A DNA stretch of 64,000 bases, taken from assembly GCF_009914755.1 (NCBI RefSeq), contig NC_060930.1; one strand, 5' to 3'. The DNA comes from the human T2T-CHM13v2.0 reference genome, Homo sapiens. Position numbers and translations under genes: made by a program. Below the pieces are notes generated by a model, which worked only from the letters and a program-made list of their open reading frames with translations, was not told the DNA's origin and did not search any database. Shown here one piece after another: positions 28,575 through 42,785 of this stretch (its first letter is position 1; every line of letters starts with the position of its first letter).

Positions 28575-30160
28575 GTTTTTTTAATGTGGTAAGAACACAT
28601 AACATGAAAACTTATCTTTTAACTAATTTTTAAGTGTTCAGTACAATATTTTTAACTACAGGTACAATGTTATGCCGCAGATCTGTAGAAGTTATTCATC
28701 TTGTATAACTAAAATGTTGTATCTATTGAGCAGCAATTTTTATTTCCCTCTCCCCTCCAGCCCTTGGCAACCACCATTCTGCTCTATTGTTCTATCTTAG
28801 ATATTTCACATAAGTGAAATCATGCAGTATTTGCCCTTCTGTGGTTGGCTTACTTCACTTAGCATAATTTCCAGGTTCATCCATGTTGTCCCTTATGTCA
28901 GGATTTCCTTCATTTTTAAGGCTGAATTAGTATTCATTGTGTGGATATGTATATGTGTGTATGTTCTTTGCTAAATAATATTTCAGTTTTCATATTTTGA
29001 CTATTGTGAGTAATATTGCAATGAACATGGGAGTGCAGATGTCTTTGAGACACTGATTTCATTTCTTTTGGATATATATCCAGCAGTGGGGTTACTGGAT
29101 CCTATGATAGTTATGTTTTTAAAATTTTTGATGAATCTCCATACTATTTTTCATATTTATATTTCCAATTCATATTCTCACCAACAGTGTACCAGCAATC
29201 CTTTTTCTCTAAACCATCACCGACGATTGTAATCTCTTGATTTTTTGCAGAATAGTTATTCTAACAGATGTGAGGTGATAGCTCATGGTGGTTTTAACTT
29301 TCATTTCCCTAACGATTACTGATGAGCATTTTTTAATATACTTATGGGTCATTTGTACATCTTCTTTGGAAATGTGTCTGTTCAGGTCCTTTGTGAAAAA
29401 TTATTTTTTGTTTGCTATTGAGTAGTTTTTAAAATATATTTTAGCTATTAATCCTTTATCAGATATATGATTTGCCAATATTTTCTCCCATTCCTTAAGT
29501 TACTTTTTCATTTAGTTGATTGTTTCCTTTTAGTTTGATATCATCTCACTTGTCTGTTTTTGCTTTCAATACCTGTGTGTTTGGTTTTATATCCAAAATA
29601 TTATTGTCGAGACCAATGTCAAGAGCTTTTTTCTTTTTTTTTTTCTAGGATTTTTGTGGTTTCAAGTCTTACATTTAATCCATTTTCAGTGAACTTTTGT
29701 GTGTGATATAAGGGTCCAGTTTCATTCTTTTGCATGTGAATATCCAGTTTTCCTAACACCATTTGGTGAAAAGACTACCCTTTTACCATTGTGTATTCTT
29801 GGCATCCCTGTTGGAGATCAGTTCACCATATATGTGTAGATTAATTTCTGGGCTCTCTGTTCTACTCCACTGGTCTGTGTGTCTATTTTTATGCCTGCAG
29901 TTTACTGTTCTAATTACTGGAGCTTTGTAATCTATTTTGAAATCAGGAAATGTGATGCTTCCAGCTTTGTTCTTTCTTAAGATTACATTGGCTATTCAGA
30001 GTCTTTTGTGGTTCCGTGTGAATTTTAGGATTGTCTTTTCTATATCTCTAAAAAATGTCACTGGGAGTTTGAGAGAGATTGTGTTGAACCTGTAGATCAC
30101 TTCAGATAGTGTGGATATTTTAACAATATGAAATCTTTTAATACATAAACATAAGATTCC
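28575..30160 (-). mobile_element. 5'-truncated L1MA9/10 or L1MB-type element
   Basis: 3' end gtggtaagaacacataacatg...gttattcatcttgtataact, then degenerate antisense ORF2. Confidence 0.85.
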
Positions 30161-32196
30161 TATTTTTGACAATTACATAAATGTGGAAGTGGGGTAAGCA
30201 TCCTTTGAATCTTTGTGCACATCTATGGTGATTTCCTTGGAATATTTTCAAATATTTCTATGCAAAAGTTAGATTCAATATGTGTGACGCCTTATTGGAA
30301 AAACAGGTAAAAGAGAAGGATCCCACTTCCCTCTTCAGCATTGTCTATCTCCTCCTAACTTCCCTCTGGCTAATTCTGTTATCTTTCCCCTTGCTCTCCC
30401 ATGTGCCCAGTGCCCTCTGGCTCCCATACCCTTGGGTGGAGCTCAGATAACTGTGCCATGTAATGTGTCCTATGTGGGAGTGAGGATTTCTGGCAATAAT
30501 GTGGAGGATGCTTACTCTCTCCTCCCTTCCTCCTCCTCCACCTAATTCTCATCATCAGCAGAAGAAAGATGTCCAGAAGGTACTGTTGTAGGCAGCAGCT
30601 CACAGAAGCCTCAAAATTAGCACAGAAACTCACAGGAGCCTCAAAATCAGCTGAATCAGAAGTCTAGGTGAAGGAAAAACACTGGCATTTTTTTTTCACA
30701 CCTTGGTGTGTGATGTTTACAGAATAAAACACTTGCACTTTTATGTTTTCACTAATATTAAGAACAAGCTGAGATACATACACCTTTAAAAAGTATAAAA
30801 ATATCATAATAATAGTAGTTGAAAACCACTTTCTTTTTCCTGTCTTTTCATGTATGTTATTGATTTAAGGGTGCTTAGTTCTTTAAATAGCAAACAATCA
30901 TTTAACACGAGCCAAGCTGAATGTCATTTTCACATTTAAGCAAAAATAGAGTACTAAAAATATGCACAAACTCTAGTCACAGGAAAGATATTTGGGGTTT
31001 TGCTATGTGATAAAAATATAACATATTTGGAAATATATAATTAAACACATAATAGCAAAGATTTATCCCTGGAAGTTAAGATCAAACAAATGACCTTAAA
31101 TATTTTCAAGCATTATACATTGATTAGTCTGGCTATAAAAATAAACATAATTTTCCTAGATTATAAAAAATGCTTAATAATTTTAAATTTGAGAGGACAA
31201 AAAAGATTAGTAAGAGAAACCCTATAAGGAACTGAATACACTCACAAGAGGGAGTAACAGCCAGTGCTTCAGGGCCGAAAGCGATTTCTCCCAGGCATCT
31301 TTAGAATATGCATTTGGGAAACCTAGAGGTTTGTATGAAAAACTACATTTAATGGCTTTTCTGTTATTTTCATACATGAAACTAAAGCCTTGCCAGAACC
31401 AAGCAACCAGATGACTGTAAACTTGTAGGGTGTCATGCTCTATAGGAGTGCACCTTTTCTTTGCTCATCAGCATATCATTCAGTATTAGGTGCCAGAACA
31501 TAGAAAGTGAATCTGGAAGGTTTCTGTGTCCACTACGGTGCCCCTTCTCCGTCCTGTGGGAAATACATACTTTGTCCTCATAAACACATATGAAATAATC
31601 ATATACAGAGCTCTGCTTCTAAGATTTAAGATTAGTCTGGATAAAATCTTTACATTTCATAATAGAACATTTTTATGTTACATTTTTGATTGACATTTAT
31701 TTTAATACTGAATCCTCTTTATTTCTTACCTCTCAACACCTAGGCTTTCTGATTTAGAAAACTTTTCCATTCCCACTCAGCTGTAAAACTAAAACTAATA
31801 ACAAAAATGTTGTTAGTCACCTGTTTCTCCCCATCACCAGGAAATGTTTAACACCCTCTCTTTTAAGCATTCACTAAGTGAGAGATGTGAACCCATTCTC
31901 TCCTTGATTCTTCTTAAAGAGTTTCAACAGAGAAATCAAACCAATTGCAGGGATTAAGTAAAATAATGAAGTTTTTATGTATGATTTATAAGCATCACAA
32001 CCATCTTGGGTAGGAGGCATTATCATCACTCTAAGGTTACTGGTTGGATAAGCCAAAAAGTTTTAGTTACTTATCTTTATTCAAACACTTGAATGCTACA
32101 GGATTTGATACCTTCATCAACAATACTCAGATCTCTTCTCCAATAGAAAAGCACTTCCCCAAGCTGCCAAATGATTCTAAATATTACATATGAAGC

Positions 32197-32695
32197 TTTT
32201 TTTTGGTTTTGTTTTTAATCGACATATAATAATTACACATATTTATAGGGTATAGTATGATGTTTCTATGCATGTATAAATTGTATAATTAACAAATCAG
32301 GGTATTTAGCATATCTATCACCTCAAATATTTAATACTTCCTTGTGGCAAGAATATTGAAAGTCCTTTCTTTTAGTTATTTTGAAATACACCATACTTTT
32401 AACTATAGTCACCCTATGGTGCAAGAGAGCAAAATAATGTATTTCTCATATCTAACTGCAATTTTGTAGCCATTGACCAATCTCTTTCCACTCCCATTTC
32501 CACGACTCTCCTCAAACAACTCAATAGCAAAAGTAATAATAATCCAATTTTAAAATGTGCAAAAGACCTGAATAGACATTTCTCAAAAGAAGACGTATAA
32601 ATGCCCAATAAGCATATGAAAAAAATGCTCAACATCACTACTCATCAGGGAAATGCAAATAAAAACCACAATGAGATATCATCTTAACGCAGCTA
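32197..32695. mobile_element. L1MA-type fragment with internal inversion (3' UTR on minus 32197-32510, ORF2 piece on plus 32511-32695)
   Basis: T-tail and 3' UTR antisense, then sense ctcaaacaactcaatagc...agacatttctcaaaagaagac...accacaatgagatatcatct. Confidence 0.82.
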
Positions 32696-32984
32696 TCCCA
32701 GGATCTTTAGATATTATGTACTATGGTACTCTGCCCTACTTACATTCACTGATGGTTGGGAGATAATACAACTTGGTCTAAGACATAGAAGCAGTTTGTA
32801 CTTCACTTCTAATTCATTCTGTCCCGAAAGAGAAAGTCTTCCTTCTCCAGTTCTCATCCCTATCTCATTATCTCAAAGTAAATAAGAATATACTTTGTCT
32901 CCTGGTTGGTTTCAGTCTAAGGTTTAAGATGACTCCTTATCTTACTTTTCTTAGGATGTTTTAATATTTCTTCTAATGTATAAT

Positions 32985-33245
32985 AATAATAATTAGCATT
33001 TATGAAGTACTTAGTATAGACTGGTACTGTTTTAAATGCTCTACATATATTAATACACTAAATCCTCACAATAACTCTATTAGGAGAGCAATATAGTAGC
33101 ACCATTTTATGAGATGAGTAAGCTGGAGGAGCAGAAGTATCACACAGCATGCCCAATATCAACAGTTAATAGTATAAGAACCAGGGTTCAAAGCCAAGCA
33201 GTTTAATTTCAGAATTCCTGTTCTTAACCAAACACTCTGTTGCAC
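32985..33245 (-). mobile_element. MIR
   Basis: aataattagcatttat...aatcctcacaataactctat...ccattttatgagatgag...gggttcaaagccaagcag. Confidence 0.7.
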
Positions 33246-36200
33246 TGCCATATACACCTCATTCCTTTATCCCAAAGACCTCCCCTCTGTTCCACTCCCA
33301 ATGTTTTACATATTCTTTTTGTAAGGGACGTATCTCTTACCTTCTTCCTTATTGAAGGCATCTGATGCCTTTAAACAATAATTGAAATATTAAGAGTTTG
33401 ACACTATTGAGCATGGGAGATAGAGTTGTGATTGCAAGAGCTGACCCCTATATTTCTCAACTTGAACCTGGGGGTCTTAGGTGGGCAGGGTCTTTATGGC
33501 AGTATAGTGGTATAAACCAGTCTGCTGCTCCTGTATCCTATACGTTTTATACCAATCTAGAAGTCTCAAGGTGAGAAGTGCTTGCATTCATGCCAATTCA
33601 ACTGTTTTTTGTCTTCAAGCTTTTTCTTAGAGGTATATGATTCGTTACTACACAGCTAAAAAGCGGAAAAGGTTGGACTCCTCAGCAAATTAATATGCGC
33701 ATATTGGTGCTTGTGTACTAGAATTGGAGGCTTAAAAAGTCTAACATGATAATTTTGGTTTTTCAATTGCTGTTTGCAACCACCCTCTATTCAGCCCCCT
33801 CCCTTAATATCTTGAGCAGATTCTATATTTCCATTCACTTATAAAAAGTTGTGTCTAATCCAAAGTAGATTAAAACACCCATTTCCTATCAGATTTTAAT
33901 ATCTTAGGTCTCAGGGTTTTAAGGTGGAGAGAAGAGTAGCTCTTTTTTCCTCCTCCTTGCAGTCTAATGTCTTGGCATATGGAAGAGGTATACAGTTTCT
34001 GGGATCTTCCCCCTCACTCCCCATACCCACCTTCCCTTCCAAGGCCTCACTTCTCCCATGCTAGAACTGGAAAAAGAAGTTGGGGAAGCAGATGACATCT
34101 TCTGTAATTGGGTACCTGGAAAAGGCAGGCAGTATTTCCTGGCCACTCCTGGCTTGGTCTGGTTCTCTCTGCTGCTGTTTTGTAATTTTTACATGGATTG
34201 CATATGTAGTTCATCTTTATCCCGGCACTTTCCATTACGAAGGACACCCTCAGAGAGAGACAATATGATCTTCCTTGAGCCCTACATGTAACACAACTTG
34301 GAACCCAACCATGTCCCCTATCTAGTGGGGCCTCACCATGCTTGTCTACTTGGAAAATCCTTATACAAAGTGAAAAATTCCTTCATTTGTTTACTTTATG
34401 TGTGAATATTTGATATTGGATTTTCACAAAACAGAACACATCTATACTTTACTTGAAACTGTAATACGTTTTACTGCTAAATTCAATTTTATTAATTCTA
34501 AGAGCTGTAAATTTCTTTGTATTCAATGAATTTTAAACGTTGCAGAAAATCTATTACTATTCAAAAAGAAATAGCTTTTCATTTAGGCTTGCTACAAGTG
34601 TGTCCATTGTAGCATATGCAGAGAAAATCAGTCTGTAGTTTATTCTGCATTTGTCTATATGACTAAAGTTGAGGTCTCATTACTTGCAGAGCCAACATTC
34701 AATAACCTTTCATTTTGAGGGTGAAAGAAGTAAGATACAGCAATGATCTGCCTGTAAGTGCATGTCAACACTACTGCATATGGATAAACACATTTGAATT
34801 AGTATATAGGAAGATGGCCACTAAAATGCATTCTATGTCAAGTGGTGATGCATAAGCTTGACTTTTTAAGAAAATTCTACTTGACTGAGCTCACTGTGCC
34901 AATTGGATTTCATGGTGTGCCCTGAGTGTCTGTTGGTTTCAGCTTCCTTCTATCCTACATCCCTCTGCATTTTCAGCTCACATTGGTCTGCTATTCTCCT
35001 TTCTTGGCACACGATTTATAGCCTTCCCTCTTTCTCCTTTATCAATATTCCTTCCCACTATCTAGTTGTGAGGCTGTACCTCTCTGGCTCTCTCATGTTC
35101 CTAGAACATAAGTGAAACTTTGGTTCAAGGCAAACAGGAATGCACAGCATTGTACAACAAAACCCTTGTCTTTCTTGGAATAACCTGAAGTAAATAATTT
35201 GTATGAATATCCTACATAAGGAAATAAAACGTAATTCCCCATATGAAGTAAGAAACACATAGGCAAGACTAAATGAAAAATCTTCTTACCCAATTTGAAG
35301 AAATGGAATTTATCTGAATGTAATCATGTTCTAGGCTAAAATTATGAGGTGCTATGTGAAATTCCACACAAATGAACTTGGAAATAGATATTGTTTTACT
35401 TGGTGTTCTGCCCAGGATTTTGCCAAAATTTCAAAGAATTAACGGAATTTAACTTAATATTATGGCATGGCAGAGTTTAAAGAATGCTTCTCTTTATCCA
35501 TTCCTATTTCTTTCCCTTCCAGAGGGGAAGACAGATGCAGAGTTACTGAGGATCATCTGAACAGTTTATGTTGGTGTCTCAGAGATATGTTACCTTCCCT
35601 ACACTCAATCTTACTTCTCTGAATATGTGCTGTAGCGCACCATACTGATGGAAAATGCTCATTTCTCCCAGTTCCCAGAGGCCTTTTTAATTTCCTATCT
35701 CACCTTTTAAAAATAGCAAGAAATAAGACCATGATGCAGAACTCTTATTAGATGTTTTTCCAAATGCCTTGGGGTTCAATGATGGTAGTTGGAAGCCTGC
35801 CAGTGTAGAAAACTTACACTAGGTTATGTATGTTTGCCAGATACCTTGTGAAATCAGTTACCATTTAAAAGACGTTTTTTACTATGAATTCCTCCTTATC
35901 AATTCCCAGGCCTCTGACTTTCCAGACATTTTTCCAATGTCTGCCTTAGAGAACACTATACTGTTTACAACATTTCTATCCCACCTCCTGAACTCGTTTC
36001 ATCAGACATCTCCTGCCCTAGGCATGACCTTGACATATAAGTGTCTTGTTCAGCCAATAAGTGTTTGACTGCATGGTTTGTATCCACCTCTGTGCCAAGA
36101 ACTGTCACAAGATCCAAAGAACAACAAAAACAATCATAGAGCTTTCCGTTTATTTTAGATAGGTAAAACGAAAGCTTACAAGCTAATTGGAGAATTATTA

Positions 36201-36559
36201 AGAACTGAACTATGAGAATGAAGGCAGGTAAATATTACTGAAGAATAAAAGAGTCATCAGTTTATTTGAACACCTTTGAGGAAATTCACAGCTACAATAA
36301 GACATGATCTGCAGCCTGAAAGAATAAACAGACTGGTGAATGAGGAAACAGGAATGGGCATTCCAGATAGGGAGGCAAGCATGAGCTCAGTGGTTGAAAT
36401 AATCTCTGAGTCTCATGGGAGTCCAACATACATATTAGTGCACAGGGAAGTAAGTGTGGAGGACAGGCAGAGTGCCCTGATCATGAAGGGTTATGTACTA
36501 GACGGTGGCATTTGGCACAAATGATTTTAAATAATTACTGCAATAGCCATATTCTTTTG

Positions 36560-36780
36560 GTCTCTCTCTCTCTCTGCAAAGCCAGGAAAGTTTCTTTGGT
36601 TTTAAAGATTCATGTGATTAGATTGTGCCTACCTAAATAATCCACAGGAATCCCCCCATCTCAAGATCCATAACCATAGTTATATCTGCAAAGTATCTTT
36701 TTCCACGAAAGGCAGTATAGCCATAGGTTTCATGCATTAATGTATGGACATCACCATAGGCCATTATTCTGACCATCACA
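36560..36780 (-). mobile_element. MLT1C/D-like LTR fragment
   Basis: catgtgattagattg...ataatcc...atctcaagatcc...atctgcaaag...gccattattctgaccatcaca. Confidence 0.7.
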
Positions 36781-38681
36781 AATTGTCCTCTAAAAATTTA
36801 TTGAATCTCTGCATTTGCTTGTATTCCCCTCCTATTCTCCTGTGTAATGTATATACTTTTATATTATTTTATGATCATTTTACTGTGGTTCTGTGAGGAA
36901 AAGAAGCTAAATGAATGAGCTTAGTTTGGCATCTTGAATCAGAAGACTTTCCCCAGGAGTTTCTTTTGTTCATTATTTGAAAACCATTGTCATATAGTCT
37001 TGAGTAGGGAAATGACACAATAAAACTTTTTATTTTTAAAATACATTTTTAAAATTATCTAACATGTTCATCATTTTTATTGTTCTCGTATATCTTTATC
37101 ATTTTAAAGTATTCTATACATGTTCAAATGCTGACACTCTTTTTTGTATTTGTGTGTGTGTGTGTGTATTTATATGTATGTGTCTATATGTGTATATTTC
37201 TATGGGGAGATTTTATGTTAAAGTGGTATCAGTTATTTTGCTAGAGAAAAAAAAACTTTCTTTCCAAATAACTTTCAAATTGAGGAAGAAATATGATTTG
37301 TCATAAAATATTTAGTCTAACCTTACAGTTTAATTATTTTAAATTTTTTAAAAGTTCTCATTGCATATTAAATTTCTCATTAGGAATGATGTATTTTCTG
37401 TAGTTCAGTAAAACTTCAAAATACTCTACATACCAAAAACTATTATCTCCCAAACTGTATTCCACAAAATTCTATATTCTTGTGTGAAGTGAGTAGCTCT
37501 TAGGAAAAAAAGCCATTCTGTGAGCAAATAATTTGGGAAAATGATTAATTGTACTACCTTTCTCTCTTAAATATTTTTAAAGTATATTAAGATAAATTAT
37601 ACAGCAAAACGAACATTTTTAAACCTTTGGTCAGCCCCAAATATTCTACATATATTTGATCATGTTTCTTTTTTTTTTTTTTTAATTTGAGGATTATCCC
37701 TTAACAGCTCATGGGAAACTATAGCTCAGAAACAGTTTGAAAGTGCTATTGTAGCCCATATCTCTAATCATTTTGTGCTAAATATTTTGGCTTTATTATA
37801 CACAAATGTAATAAAGGGAATGATTACCCAGACAGTGTTACAATGAAAGGGAATTAGAACACGTGCTCCGAGGCATGCAGTCAAGCCCTCTGCTGTCCTT
37901 CCTCTGGTTCCCTCACTAGCTGACATTAGTGGGTTGTCATCGCTTTCCTGAGTCGTGCATCTGAGAGCTCAGCATGGACTTCTGCAAGTTTGTTGAGATT
38001 ACTCTATGGCCAACAGCCCATTTCCCCTATTCATTCTGCTCTTCTCTTCTAAGGATGCTAACACAGTGTTAAGATATAAGACACATCAGGAGAAAGAATG
38101 TAGTAGGGCACAAAATGCTTTCTTCAGCTCAACTCTCATCTGTAGACATCACTTCATTTGACTCAGTGAGAATACACATTATCCTCTCTCCCAAGTGACC
38201 TTGTGAAGAGGGTTCAAAGTCAGTTTAGTAGGTATTTATTTGCACCTCTCCTTCTTTCAGAAAATACTTCAAGATATTTTCAAAAATGTGTAAATTGTAA
38301 CAATATGTTAACATGTTAATCTAACCTACATACTTACCATTATTAGGCCCTTATTTTGTGCTATATTTTCCAGAGACCAAGTGCAAACAAGGAATCTTTG
38401 TCAGTTAACAAGTGTCACAATATCCACTGGATTAAAAAATATATATATCAATTGCTTAAGAGAATTACAACTATTCTTTGTACTAGAATCAGGCACAATT
38501 TTATCTGGGGGCTTTGTAAAGAGAGCTCTTTGATGTTTAGTCAACAGCATTCTACAAACTCAAAAAATTCCATAGAGATGTTTTGCATAACATTGTCAAT
38601 AAAAATTGATGTCTTCTCACCTAAGCATAATTTAGTAATAATAATAATAATAGTGTGCGGGTTTTGGTAACAATAATAATT

Positions 38682-38704
38682 TGTGTGTGTGTGTGTGTGT
38701 GTGT
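38682..38704. repeat. (TG)n microsatellite
   Basis: Directly visible in the sequence. Confidence 0.9.
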
Positions 38705-41029
38705 AGGGGCATAGCTTTAACTTAATACTAATTAGGTGGTCAGCTCTTGGCTGACCTTGAAGAGAGTTGAATTCTCAGCACCCAACCCATTGCCCTGAAT
38801 GTAGCAAATGCCAATAAATCTTGGTTGAAAGTGATAATTATTCTTCAAAGGGAGCACATAGGAAAATATGTATGTGAATGGTTTTTCTATAGAGCTCACA
38901 CAATTATTTTGTTCTACAAACTACAGCTGTCCTGAAGCCTAGACCTGTGAGAATGGAACAAAAGTATGTCTGGTGGCCAAGTTATGAGATGAAAGATTGC
39001 TCCTCAGTTTGGGCCAGCCCATATTTAATAATTGCAGTTTCCAAAGCACAAAGTTAATTTTTAAAATATATCTCTAAAATATATCTCTAAGATGGGTCTT
39101 CAGATTTACCCATCTCCCAAGTTTAATTCTGTTTATTGCTGATAGATGTAATATTCCTACATGGTAGGAACTCATACATAAAGAAACTGAGATTCAGAAT
39201 AGTTAAGCGTATTGATGTAATTCATTAAGCTAGCAAGTGGCAGAGGTGGAACTTGAACCCAACTCTGTCTTACTTCACATTTCATGATTATAATCTACTG
39301 TTTTGTGCTGAAAAAGAGCCTGTAGGGCTTGAACTTTACGTTTTCCCTTACAAAGAAAGAGCAGGAAAGGACACTGCAGACAGAAGGAGCCATTAAAACT
39401 TCACAGTCAATAATTCTGGAAATTCAGATATTTTAAGTCTGCTCTGATGCTCCAGGGGTCTCAAACCTTATTTCAGCTGTCATGTGAGTTGACCTTTCTC
39501 AATGCCAGCTTTTGTGTCATGCTTCAAGGACAACAAGTCTGATGTACCTTTTGAATCCCAGGGACACTGACTTTCACAGGAAGTAGCTACGTCTTTTCAT
39601 TTATTTTGTGTGCTCTTGAGTGGTATTTAAGTTGACAGCCAAGTCCTCAGTCTTCTTCTCAAGGGATTATAGGTGTTGAACTACTTTCATCTTTCGCTGT
39701 GCATTTTCTTTAACTGATAAAGGATCAAGAAGTATGTGAATCCTCCTCTCTCCCCAGTCATCCCCTAGCATTCTCGGTGACATGTTAGTTGGAAAATCAC
39801 ACTCCCACAGTGGTGGTTAGATAATTGAAATTCATTCCAGCAGGGAGAAAATAAGTTCTGGAGGCTTATTTCTTTGCAGATTCTTTATTAGGATTTTGAA
39901 ACTGCATCTTCACTAGTCAAATTGCAGAGAATTAGAGGAGGGGAATGGGGACCCCTGGAATTTTCCAAAGTGAGATGAATACAACCAAATTCTGTACTTC
40001 TGAGATGGCCTGCATACACTACACATATCCCTCTGGTATGGTGTTCTTTAGATGTTCTTTTTGATGCCAAGCCCTCCTGCAAAGCATCTTTAGCAAACAC
40101 TATTTGAGGTTTAGATGTATTGTGTTCATATTAATGTGAGCGCTTATGGAACATTCTTTTTTTTTTTTTTTTTTGTACTCTAAGCAGGCTGACAACCACA
40201 TTACCCTCTTCTTCACTGTTTCCTACATAATTATGTCAGGCACACATTTTAACAGGATGTATTTGTCAATGAAGATGATCTATCTCTTTTTTTTTGTAAG
40301 AAAGCTGGCTTAAAAGAATATGATCTCTTCTGACAAACATAAGGCTAACATTAGCTGGAAAGAGAATGTCTCATTTTAAAGTCTGATTTTCTGATTCCTT
40401 GAATATAGTAAACATAGAATTAAGTCTACACTCACAATGTTAAAAGAATTTGAGAAATATGAAAGGTATAAAGACATTGTTAATATTCTTTATGTCTGCA
40501 TACGATGGCCCTGGGACAGTAAAGGGATCATAAAAAGAAAGAAAATAGGTAAAAGAGGTCTGCAGTATAAACTGGTAAGTTTGTAAAATCTATGAGGTAC
40601 ATGTTAAGTATCAGTTTCTATTCCTCATAATTTTTAGCTATAACTAAGATTCATAAAAGAATGATAAATGACATGTAATAGGAGATGGATTTTAATAAAG
40701 AGAAAATGTTTGTAGCACCAGGGGTATAAATAAAGTTAATATAGAATAATAGCGTATTTATATATAAGGCAAGATGTAATGGAAGGGACTAATAAATGAA
40801 GTCTTTCTGATATTTGGATTACTTCACAGGCTTATGTTTGCAAAATTAGAAACCAAGAATCTGATTGATTCAAATATATTATAGTAAGATTCAGACATTA
40901 TCCAGAAAAAAAATTCTCATAAATCTGCATTAACTTTTTATCCTTGACTTTTATATCATATATAGTTAACTGGGTTGCTAAAATTCCATGACATCACTGA
41001 GAAAGTGGCAAGGCAATCAGAACTTTTTA

Positions 41030-42370
41030 AGTGTACATGCCTGACATTCAATTAAAAAATTAACAGGCATATTAAGAAACAAGGTAAAGAGAAAAATCAG
41101 ATAATAGAAATAGTAATTAGTTTAGATAATCCAAATATTGCATTTACTAGATATGGACTTTGAGTGAACTATGATTAATATGTTTAAGAAAACACATACT
41201 AAACTGAAGTAACTGGCCAGAGAACTGAAAAACATAAAGCAGAATAAAGTAGAAAACCTAAAACTTATAAAGGCATTGGCAGAAAATTAAAAATCAATGT
41301 ATTGATTTATTACAGTTGATAAGACACAGCCGAAAAATAAGAATTAGTGAACTGAAAGATACGTCACTAGAAAATATTCAGACTGATGTGTAGAAAGTAA
41401 AATAATGGAAAGTATATAAAAGGAATAAAGTATATACGAGGCACAGTGAGAAGGCCTGACACACATGTAGATAGAATTCTGAGACATATACACACACACA
41501 CAGAAAGAGAGAGAGTGTGTGTGTGTTTTGAGGAAGATATTATTTGAAGAGACAGTGAATGTAAATTTTTCAAAATGAACAGAAAAAAATAGATCAGAGA
41601 TTCAAGAACTGTTGTGAACCCCTAGCAGGATAAATAGTAAAATGTTAAAAAAAAAAAAACTTTTAAAGATATTATCTTATAAACTACACTTAATAACAAC
41701 AGATCAGCCAAAAATGACTACTGTCAGCAGAAGAAATGGAAGCTGTTAAACTGTACACCTTTAACATGTCAAAAGAAAATCACCGTCAACCTAAAATGAT
41801 ATGCCCTGTGAAACTGTCTTTCAAAAAATAAGGCAATCAAAAACAGAAAAAAATTAACTGACAAAGTGATTTTTCAGTAGAAAGAAAATAATGTTAATTG
41901 AATCTCAGAATTATAGAAAAATGGAGAATAATAGGAAGTTTAACTATGTGAGTAAATGGAAGAGATAATTCACTGTTTACAGAATAATAATAAAACTTGC
42001 AGACAAATATATATGTAGAATAAAAATGCATGGTAACAATGGCATAAAAGACGAGAGGAGAATAAATGGAGTTTAAAGTTTGAAGGTCCAAAAATTGTCA
42101 GAAAATGGAAAAATGCTAATTTACATTTAATATTAATAAGTTAATGATGGATATTATAATTGGTAGGATAATACCAAGAGAACAAAAAAAGAATACTTAA
42201 CTAAAAAGATAAAATAATAATGAATAGAATAATAAAACATACTTGAAGACCACTGGTTCCAGCAACAATGGAATAACTAGTATCAGACTCATCCTTCCAC
42301 TATAAACTACTATTACAGCTATAAAAGAAATATTTAAAAAAATGTTTTCAGTAAAAGGATAGCAAACATG
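41030..42370 (+). mobile_element. Old L1M (MD/ME-type) ORF1-region remnant
   Basis: A-rich sense motifs gaattagtgaactgaaagat, cagagattcaagaac...gaacccctagcaggataaa, and caacctaaaatgatatgccc. Confidence 0.65.
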
Positions 42371-42727
42371 ACGCTATAAAAATTTTTAAATTTGTATACA
42401 TTTAAGAAGCACATGTGCAGTTTGGTTACACAGATATATTGTGTAGTGATAAAGTCTGGGCTTTTAGTACATCCATCACCCAAATAGTGTACATGGTACT
42501 GTTGAGTAATTTCTCATCCCTCATTCCCCTTCTACTCGCTCACCTTTCAGAGTCTCCAAAGTCTATCATTCCACACTCAGTGTTTATGTCTGCACATGAT
42601 TTACTTCCCACTTATAAGTGAGAATATGTGGTATTTGACTTTAAGCTTTTGAGTTATTTCACTTAACTTAATGACCTCCAGTTCCATCCATGTTGCTTCA
42701 AAAGATGTGATTTCTTTCTCATTTATG

Positions 42728-42751
42728 GTCTATATATATAGTCTGTATATG

Positions 42752-42782
<31 letters not shown>
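42728..42782. repeat. (TA)n microsatellite
   Basis: Directly visible in the sequence. Confidence 0.9.

Positions 42783-42785
<3 letters not shown>

Noticed and set aside
41488-41526. (CA)n-(GA)n-(GT)n hairpin
   Set aside because: An ordinary compound microsatellite inside an old L1.
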